24,000 nt of DNA, taken from assembly GCA_000953735.1 (NCBI GenBank), contig LN554852.1, forward strand, positions 1,165,846 through 1,189,845, read 5' to 3'. The notes beneath the pieces are model-generated. The model did not search any database. It saw only the letters and a program-made list of their open reading frames with translations, and had not been told where the DNA came from. This DNA comes from Moritella viscosa (GTDB taxonomy: Bacteria; Pseudomonadota; Gammaproteobacteria; Enterobacterales; Moritellaceae). Position numbers and translations under genes: made by a program. This document shows, piece by piece, positions 7,669-13,987 of this stretch (the stretch's first letter is position 1; each line of letters starts with the position of its first letter).

Positions 7669-8559
7669 CTATTGAAGTTTAGATTTGGTGCTTTTTCCAG
7701 CAAAGGAAAAGTCCAACTGATATAGGTAAATAGAGCTGATGATAATAAACAAACTGATGAATATCCTGTTATCTAGTCCGGTATCAGCCACTAGCATAGA
7801 CAACAAGACCCCAACTGTTGGTACTAAATAATTACTAAAAGAAGCAAAAGTCGGTCCTTTATCCATAATCAGCATCATAAAGAGTACATAAACTAAGCCA
7901 CCACAAAATATCCCTAGGTACAATACCGAACCGATACTGGCAGTACTGGGTATTTCGGTTGGCATGGTTCCCCAAATCAAAGCCATAGGAATTAATTGTA
8001 TAGCGGAAACTGTTATAACATCTCTAGCTAAAACAATAGGATGTAAATTCTGCAAGCGTTTTACTAGAAGTAAACTCAAGGCAAAACTTGCCGCCGCTAT
8101 TAATATTGCGATTGAACCGGAAAAATCCGTTAACCCCTGATGTTGTAGCTGTGGCCAGAGTAAATATAATAAACCGCTAAAACCGAACAAACTACAAACG
8201 ACTGCTTTAAGTGTCATTCTCGTATCCGCTAAAATTATCGGGGCCAGTAATAATGTTATCAGAGAATTAGTACCAGTGATCACCGCAGCAAATGCCGACG
8301 GGGTTGTTTGCTGTCCCCAGGCCACCAATAAAAATGGCAAAGTCGCCTCAAGTAGACCAATTAAAATAATAAGTGGCCAGTTACCGGGGGAACGTTTCAA
8401 TTTAAGCATGTAGCAAATCAGAATCAGAAAGAGAGCACCAATACCAGATCGAAATGCGGCGATCCAAATGACATCGATCTCTCCTATAGCTACAACGTTA
8501 AAAATGTACTGAGATCCCCAAATAACGCCACAGGCGATTAAAATTAATATGCTTTTCAT
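7669..8559 (-). CDS. EamA/DMT-superfamily transporter (10-TM)
   Basis: 296 aa, uniformly hydrophobic, with the two-halves architecture typical of EamA-domain proteins. It lies 44 nt downstream of qor on the same strand. Confidence 0.75.
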   Translation of the reverse strand: MKSILILIACGVIWGSQYIFNVVAIGEIDVIWIAAFRSGIGALFLILICYMLKLKRSPGNWPLIILIGLLEATLPFLLVAWGQQTTPSAFAAVITGTNSLITLLLAPIILADTRMTLKAVVCSLFGFSGLLYLLWPQLQHQGLTDFSGSIAILIAAASFALSLLLVKRLQNLHPIVLARDVITVSAIQLIPMALIWGTMPTEIPSTASIGSVLYLGIFCGGLVYVLFMMLIMDKGPTFASFSNYLVPTVGVLLSMLVADTGLDNRIFISLFIIISSIYLYQLDFSFAGKSTKSKLQ

Positions 8560-8603
8560 GTTAAATATTCTTTAGTTGGTTGCGGGTAAGTTGCTACCGG
8601 TAA

Positions 8604-9539
8604 TTAGATATTTATAACGATTTTTCCGCGTACATGCTCTGTTTCAGAAAGTGCATGTGCCTGAGCAATCTGCTCAAACGGCATTTCTGAAATAGCGGGT
8701 ACCTGAATTTCATTATTGTCGATTAAGGCTCCGATTTTTGTCAGATGTTCACCGTTAGGCATCACCATGACGCGGGCATGTTTAAAAGTAAACTTTTCAG
8801 CTATATAGTGATCTTTTAAGGTGGTAATATATTTTCCTTTGGCACTGACTTTGTCATAAATACCGGCGACATCGTTATCAATAATATCGAAAACTACATC
8901 AAAGGTTCCAAGGGTTGTAAGATAATCAGGTGTTTTGTAATCAACCATATTATCGGCACCAAGTTCACGTAAATAATCATGATTAGCAGCAGACGCTACC
9001 GCCGTAACGTTCGCTCCCAATTGCTTGGCAAATTGCACTGCAAAACTGCCTACACCACCACTGGCTCCATGTATTAATACAGAATCACCTGCGCTGAGTT
9101 GCGACACATCATAAATTGCCTGCCATGCCGTTAATGACGTCAATGGAACGGCAGCAGCCTGCGCAAAACTAATTGTTTTAGGTTTATAAGATACGGCTCT
9201 CGCATCCACCGCGACAAACTCGGCATAGGCGCCGTCACGAGTTAAATCACTGAAAGAATAAACTTCGTCACCTACCTTGAAGTTATTGATATTCTCACCA
9301 ACCTGGGAAATTCGACCTGCGATATCCCAGCCTAAGGTTAACGGTAATTGGTGTAAATCTTCATCAGCCAACCAACCTTCACGCACTTTCCAGTCAACTG
9401 GATTTACGCTGGTATTAACCACTTCAATTAATACTTCATCGGCCGTGATTTCAGGTAAGGTGATTTGCTCGGTACGTAATGTGTGTTGTCCGCCATATTC
9501 ATGGATACGGACTGCTTTCATTAGTGGATTGGTTTTCAT
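8604..9539 (-). CDS. NAD(P)H:quinone oxidoreductase-like medium-chain dehydrogenase/reductase (zeta-crystallin/Qor type)
   Basis: 'MKAVRIHEYGG' N-terminus. 'VLIHGASGGVGSFAVQFAKQLGA' Rossmann motif. The 'GKIVINI' C-terminus is typical of the Qor subfamily. No catalytic-zinc Cys/His set is evident. Confidence 0.85.
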   Translation of the reverse strand: MKTNPLMKAVRIHEYGGQHTLRTEQITLPEITADEVLIEVVNTSVNPVDWKVREGWLADEDLHQLPLTLGWDIAGRISQVGENINNFKVGDEVYSFSDLTRDGAYAEFVAVDARAVSYKPKTISFAQAAAVPLTSLTAWQAIYDVSQLSAGDSVLIHGASGGVGSFAVQFAKQLGANVTAVASAANHDYLRELGADNMVDYKTPDYLTTLGTFDVVFDIIDNDVAGIYDKVSAKGKYITTLKDHYIAEKFTFKHARVMVMPNGEHLTKIGALIDNNEIQVPAISEMPFEQIAQAHALSETEHVRGKIVINI

Positions 9540-9657
9540 CGTATTTCCCCATTGGTTTATGCTAATTCATCTCAGTGGGTAAAATATTATGTTGTTATGG
9601 ATTATCTGACACCTGTCCTTTAGGTCAGGCCTTACAAATTTAACGGACTTGGTATGG

Positions 9658-10392
9658 CTAGACAGAAACTAAACCAAAATGAATTGCTCTAGCTATTGAT
9701 TGAGAGCGATTGACAACCTCTAGTTTTTTGAAAATATTAGAGAAATGAAATTTAACGGTACGTTCTGAAATAGCTAAAATCAGTGATATATCCCAATTAC
9801 TTTTACCTTCTTTAGCCCAGTTTAGTACTTCTAATTCACGTTTTGACAAATTAGGCTTCCATAAACTTTTACGTATGTTTTCGCCCTGACGATTAAATAC
9901 TTCATGAATATGAGGGGCAATATATTCAATCAACTGATTATGTTCTGCTCCCAGTTCGTTTTCCGACATCACTAAAGAGATCAAGGTCGAACCAGCATCA
10001 GTTTTAACCAGTATGGAAAGACCATCATTACCAACATATTTTTTCGACATTTGTTTAAAATCGTCACTTATATAGTTAGCTTGGCTCGTTGCTGCACGCC
10101 AGTCGACTGCCGATGTGGTATTTGAAATTGCGTTTAGTATTGGATCTTGATTGAAAAACTTACGCTGAAAGTAAATTTCCTGCCACTCCTCACTGAGATT
10201 TTGAGTGAAAATTTGTTGTTTTTCCGTTAAAGCAAAGTCTATCTTAGTATCGATAGCAATAGTGGCTGCTTGAAAGGGGAGCAGTTCATTGGTTTTTGCC
10301 AGAATATTCGATATAGAGTCCGAATTACTGTTTGCTCTGATACAAGTATCAGCAATATCTAAGAGCTTAATCAGCTTATTTTTGTCTTTCAT
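9658..10392 (-). CDS. LuxR-family transcription regulator with autoinducer-binding-type N-domain (LuxR solo)
   Basis: C-terminal GerE/LuxR HTH 'LSKRELEVLNWAKEGKSNWDISLILAISERTVKFHFSNIFKKLEV'. The N-domain carries W70, Y74, D83-P84 and W98 at the same spacing as TraR W57/Y61/D70-P71/W85. Confidence 0.85.
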   Translation of the reverse strand: MKDKNKLIKLLDIADTCIRANSNSDSISNILAKTNELLPFQAATIAIDTKIDFALTEKQQIFTQNLSEEWQEIYFQRKFFNQDPILNAISNTTSAVDWRAATSQANYISDDFKQMSKKYVGNDGLSILVKTDAGSTLISLVMSENELGAEHNQLIEYIAPHIHEVFNRQGENIRKSLWKPNLSKRELEVLNWAKEGKSNWDISLILAISERTVKFHFSNIFKKLEVVNRSQSIARAIHFGLVSV

Positions 10393-10526
10393 AATGATGT
10401 CCCTATCATTAACGATTACGTTGTATCGTGAGTGCTTAATTTACTGACACTAACTATATTACGTTGTAAGAGAATAGGCACGATAAAAGACATTGTTTGT
10501 AACAAATGGTTAACAAGTTGGCAGGA

Positions 10527-10554
10527 GTTACTTAGTCATGCATGATTAAGTAAC
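10527..10554. promoter_or_regulatory. 28-bp near-perfect palindrome upstream of luxR-type gene (candidate operator or hairpin)
   Basis: GTTACTTAGTCATG|CATGATTAAGTAAC. 13 of 14 positions are complementary, and the single mismatch is G:T. It lies 135-162 nt upstream of the luxR ATG and 47 nt downstream of the ykgJ-like stop codon. Confidence 0.4.
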
Positions 10555-10600
10555 TATTAAGATAAAAAAGAGACAGCGTGACCACTTATTCTAGGCCACT

Positions 10601-11158
10601 TTAACGCTCGATGGTTGGAATTATCGCTGTATTTTGTGCTAATGAAAATTCAATCAGTTCCAGCATCTGGTCCTGGATCATCGGCAAACTTCTTGCTTCT
10701 ACGGCTGCCGCTAAAGGTTCGTTAAGCGCAGTGCTATAACTACGATAGCCTTTTCGAATAGGAATCGACATTGACATTGGAATGCCTTGGGCAACACCAC
10801 CACCAATTAACTCGATTGCTTGTGCTGTAATTAATACGGTTTTAGGATCGTGAATCGGTTGGAAAATAATACCATTCTCATCTGAACGAACCATTATCCC
10901 TGATAGATCCGGTCTCCAACTCTCATCTAGCTGTGGCATGAAACGCCATGCACAATGCCAGTCTTGGCATACAGAAGGTCTTTTGGTGTAGATCTTACAG
11001 CCACCTTTTTCCATCAAATTTTTACAGACTTGATCCGCAGGTTTTTTAAAATTGTCATCATCGATCTGAAGGACAACACAGCAGGCTGTACATTCTCCAC
11101 ATTCCCGACTAGGAACTAAATGTGACTCATTATTTTTACTCAATTCTTCCACCTGCAT
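10601..11158 (-). CDS. YkgJ-family cysteine-cluster protein (CxxCxxCC zinc/iron-chelating domain)
   Basis: 'CGECTACCVV' followed by 'C..L...GGCKIYTKRPSVCQDWHC', the typical UPF0153/YkgJ arrangement. No clear Shine-Dalgarno at the annotated start. Confidence 0.7.
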   Translation of the reverse strand: MQVEELSKNNESHLVPSRECGECTACCVVLQIDDDNFKKPADQVCKNLMEKGGCKIYTKRPSVCQDWHCAWRFMPQLDESWRPDLSGIMVRSDENGIIFQPIHDPKTVLITAQAIELIGGGVAQGIPMSMSIPIRKGYRSYSTALNEPLAAAVEARSLPMIQDQMLELIEFSLAQNTAIIPTIER

Positions 11159-11340
11159 ACGACAATTTAAAAATGATTGATATTTCTAGCAGCTCTTATA
11201 ACTTAACATTCACTGTATTACTACTGTTCTTTGTTATGTATAGCCCGTCAGTCGCTAACATATTGAAATAGGATAGCCTAATATTGAACAGGGGGCAGAA
11301 TAGGACTGTAAAAGTTTATTGCTTACTGAATTTTAGATAC

Positions 11341-11364
11341 AAAAAAAGATGCGCTAAGCATCTT
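11341..11364 (-). terminator. Rho-independent terminator of tRNA-Ser
   Basis: AAGATGC (11346-11352) pairs with GCATCTT (11358-11364), a 7-bp stem with a 5-nt loop. On the minus strand it is followed by T7 (plus-strand A-run 11341-11347). It starts 26 nt past the tRNA 3' end. Confidence 0.8.
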
Positions 11365-11389
11365 AATATAAATCTTTTAACAAAGAGAA

Positions 11390-11477
11390 TGGCGGTGACG
11401 GAGAGATTCGAACTCTCGAAAGGTTACCCTTTACACGCTTTCCAGGCGTGCTCCTTCAGCCACTCGGACACGTCACC
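11390..11477 (-). tRNA. tRNA-Ser (anticodon GGA), 88 nt, CCA encoded
   Basis: The reverse complement folds as acceptor GGTGACG/CGTCACC, anticodon stem CACGC/GCGTG with loop CTGGAAA, a long variable arm (AAAGG-GTAA-CCTTT), T-arm GAGAG-TTCGAAT-CTCTC, discriminator G and CCA. Confidence 0.95.
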
Positions 11478-11511
11478 TAATCAGATTGTTATATAGTATA
11501 TAACGATGCGT

Positions 11512-11540
11512 ACTTTAGGTAATCCGCTTGTAAAGGTCAA
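11512..11540 (-). promoter_or_regulatory. Sigma70-type promoter for tRNA-Ser
   Basis: On the minus strand: TTGACC (11540-11535), a 17-nt spacer, then TAAAGT (11517-11512). This is about 35 nt upstream of the mature tRNA 5' end. Confidence 0.5.
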
Positions 11541-11767
11541 TGAAAAATTCTTATTGGAGGTTTGATTGCTGCATTACTGAGCATCAGTATTCATAATTAC
11601 GCATTGTGAGCACGATCAAAAAATAATCCATAAGTCGTGTATTTCTCCATTTTTTCGTGCGACTACACGAAATTAACTAAAGTTGTTAGCAGGAATGACG
11701 ATATAAACCTTATAATCTTGGTGATGGAACATATCGCTATTCAAATATCATAAGGATTCATGGTCTG

Positions 11768-12931
11768 ATGAAAATTCAATTTTCAAAATCATTGCTGTTG
11801 CCTTTTATACTTGGCATCGCAGTCACAAGTTGTCAGCTATCTGCGACGGAGTTTGATGCTCGCTCATATGCTATGGGTGGCGTTGGTGTCACTACTGCAG
11901 ACTACGTTACAGCTTCGTTTCATAACCCTGCAATGGCGGCGAAACATGATGTGCGTGATGACTTTGGTTTGTTAGCACCTGTGATTGGCCTTCAAGTCGA
12001 TGATCCAGATGATTTATATCATGATGCTTCAAATATTTATGATGTTGTTTCTAAGGCTAACCTCCCTGGTGATGCCGCAGCAGTTGAGGCCGCGTTAGCG
12101 AAAATTGTGGGAGATAAAGCCTATACTGAAGCTGGTTTTGGTTTAGTTGCGTCTGTGCCTACTCGTTATTACTCCACAAATGTGTTTCTTAAAGGCTATG
12201 CCGATTCTTTCATTTTCTCAGATGTAATTGCGGATGATATTAACAATGGCGTTATCGATTCTAAAATGAGTGTGTATGCCATCTCTGTGGTTGAACTTGG
12301 TATGACATTTGCGCATAAATTCGATACTCGTTATGGTGGTATACATATTGGCATGTCACCGAAATACAATATCATTTCTACTTATAACTACTCACAAACC
12401 GTTGATGAATTTGATCCAGACAAATACAAAGATGGTGCGAGCAGTGACAAGAAAGGCTTCAACCTTGATTTAGGGATGGAAGTTGGTTTGCAGTATGGAC
12501 TAAGCGCGGGTGCTGCGATTAAAAACTTGATATCACAAAAGGTTGATTTAAAAACGATGAATGGTTCAAGTGCTAGTTATAATTTAAACCCAGTTGTTAC
12601 TACAGGCTTAAGTTGGAGTAATGACTATGCAACGCTAGCTATTGATGTTGACCTTAATGCGACGCAACGCTACGAAAATATAAAAAGCCTATCGGGTGTT
12701 AGCGATGGTTTTGATGATACCCAAATGCTAAGAATTGGTGGTGAAATTGGCCTGCCGTCGGCAATGCAATTGCGTGCTGGTTATGTGAAGGATTTGCAAG
12801 GTAATAAAAAACAAGTATTTACTGCTGGTATCGGTTTTTCACCCTTTAATATTTTCCATCTTGATGTCGGCGCAAGCTATGCTGGTTCAAACAAATTCGG
12901 TGTTGTTGTACAAACGATGGTGTGGTTCTAA
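11768..12931 (+). CDS. Outer-membrane beta-barrel protein, TraF-like/FadL-like (TraF_2-type) family
   Basis: Signal peptide 'MKIQFSKSLLLPFILGIAVTSCQLSA'. The N-terminal 'DARSYAMGGVGVTTADYVTASFHNPA' block is typical of proteins annotated as TraF-like OMPs. The C-terminus 'TMVWF' ends in an aromatic residue. Confidence 0.7.
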   Translation: MKIQFSKSLLLPFILGIAVTSCQLSATEFDARSYAMGGVGVTTADYVTASFHNPAMAAKHDVRDDFGLLAPVIGLQVDDPDDLYHDASNIYDVVSKANLPGDAAAVEAALAKIVGDKAYTEAGFGLVASVPTRYYSTNVFLKGYADSFIFSDVIADDINNGVIDSKMSVYAISVVELGMTFAHKFDTRYGGIHIGMSPKYNIISTYNYSQTVDEFDPDKYKDGASSDKKGFNLDLGMEVGLQYGLSAGAAIKNLISQKVDLKTMNGSSASYNLNPVVTTGLSWSNDYATLAIDVDLNATQRYENIKSLSGVSDGFDDTQMLRIGGEIGLPSAMQLRAGYVKDLQGNKKQVFTAGIGFSPFNIFHLDVGASYAGSNKFGVVVQTMVWF

Positions 12932-13148
12932 GGTGTAATTTCAGAAACTCTTTAAAAAGTAATAGTACCATTTTAAGTAAAACTTGTAATAGTCTCTATA
13001 TTTGAATCTAAGTATTGTATTTCAAGATAATTTGGGTGTTTACTCTAAGCATATAAAAGCTTGAGATATGTCATAAACTAAAGTGACTCTTTATTTTACT
13101 ATCTTGTTATACGATTTATTATTGAATCTAATACAAGGAGTGTTAAAA

Positions 13149-13970
13149 GTGCCAAATAATCAAGCCGCCATACAAGCACCACGCGTAACTGTAGATATTA
13201 ACGATGATGTCGCCATTGTTACGTTAAATCGAGGCCGAAAGTACAATGCATTAGACATGGATATGTTTTATGCATTAGATAACACAGCAACAGAACTTGC
13301 TAATAATAAAGCCATCCGAGCAGTCATTGTACGTGGCGATGGTAAGGTGTTCTGTGCTGGTCTTGATGTTAAAAGTATTATCAAAAATCCCCTCAATCCC
13401 GGCAAACTATTAAAACGCGAAGAAGGCGAACTCGCCAATCTGGCGCAAAAGGTCGGTTATCTTTGGCGTCAAATCCCTGTTCCTGTTATTGCTGTCACGC
13501 ATGGCGTGTGCTTTGGTGGTGGGTTGCAAATTGCGCTAGGGGCTGACTTCCGTTATAGCACGGCCGATTGTGAATTTTCAGTGATGGAAATTAAATGGGG
13601 ACTCATTCCTGATATGAGCGGCATGGTCACCATGCGTGAACTCACCCGTATTGATATAGCGAAAGAGCTCACTATGACAGGACGTAAATTTAGCGGTATC
13701 GAAGCGGAAAAATATGGCTTGGTGACGCATGTCTGTGATGATCCAATGGCGGCGGCGATGACCTTTATTGATAGCCTTAAAACGCGCTCTCCAGATGCGA
13801 TTGTAGCGGCTAAATCATTACTTAATGATTCGTGGGTAGCATCAGAACAAGCGGTATTAGTACTGGAAACTCAAACCCAAAGAAAAGTCATGGGAAAGTG
13901 GAATCAAATTGTCGCTGTTACTCGTAATTTTATCAAAAAATCATTACCCTATAGAAAACGTAGTATTTAA
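13149..13970 (+). CDS. Crotonase/enoyl-CoA hydratase-isomerase family protein
   Basis: 'VIVRGDGKVFCAGLDV' and 'HGVCFGGGLQIALGADFRY ... SVMEIKWGLIPDMSG'. I prefer the GTG start at 13149, preceded by AGGAG (13136-13140), over the track start at 13083, which would add an implausible hydrophobic extension. Confidence 0.85.
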   Translation: MPNNQAAIQAPRVTVDINDDVAIVTLNRGRKYNALDMDMFYALDNTATELANNKAIRAVIVRGDGKVFCAGLDVKSIIKNPLNPGKLLKREEGELANLAQKVGYLWRQIPVPVIAVTHGVCFGGGLQIALGADFRYSTADCEFSVMEIKWGLIPDMSGMVTMRELTRIDIAKELTMTGRKFSGIEAEKYGLVTHVCDDPMAAAMTFIDSLKTRSPDAIVAAKSLLNDSWVASEQAVLVLETQTQRKVMGKWNQIVAVTRNFIKKSLPYRKRSI

Positions 13971-13987
13971 CAGGCGGTCTTATAACT

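Noticed and set aside
9277-9582. 101-aa ORF antisense to qor
   Set aside because: Shadow frame of a clear MDR oxidoreductase.
10527-10554. Palindrome as a canonical lux box
   Set aside because: It does not fit the 20-bp CTG-N10-CAG lux-box consensus. I kept it as a generic candidate operator in the findings instead.
7669-11477. Possible genomic island integrated at the 3' end of tRNA-Ser
   Set aside because: There is no integrase or other mobility gene. I could find no direct repeat of the tRNA 3' segment (…GATTCGAACTCTC…) elsewhere in the window, and no obvious composition break by eye. An island cannot be fully excluded without comparative genomics.
11284-11496. 70-aa plus-strand ORF
   Set aside because: It runs across the tRNA-Ser gene and its terminator on the opposite strand. 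The tRNA fold is unambiguous, so the ORF is spurious.
11556-11610. GGAGG followed by a 15-codon TTG-initiated mini-ORF in the OMP upstream region
   Set aside because: The spacing between the Shine-Dalgarno and the start is only about 1-2 nt. It has a non-ATG start and no conservation evidence.
13108-13135. AT-rich inverted repeat TATTA-N7-TAATA as a LysR T-N11-A box upstream of the crotonase-pat operon
   Set aside because: Such short A/T palindromes are expected by chance in this very AT-rich spacer. It cannot be supported without binding data.
13083-13148. N-terminal extension of the second crotonase (track start 13083)
   Set aside because: The extension (TLYFTILLYDLLLNLIQGVLK) is AT-rich-derived hydrophobic filler with no Shine-Dalgarno. 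The GTG at 13149 has an AGGAG 8 nt upstream and gives a normal crotonase N-terminus.
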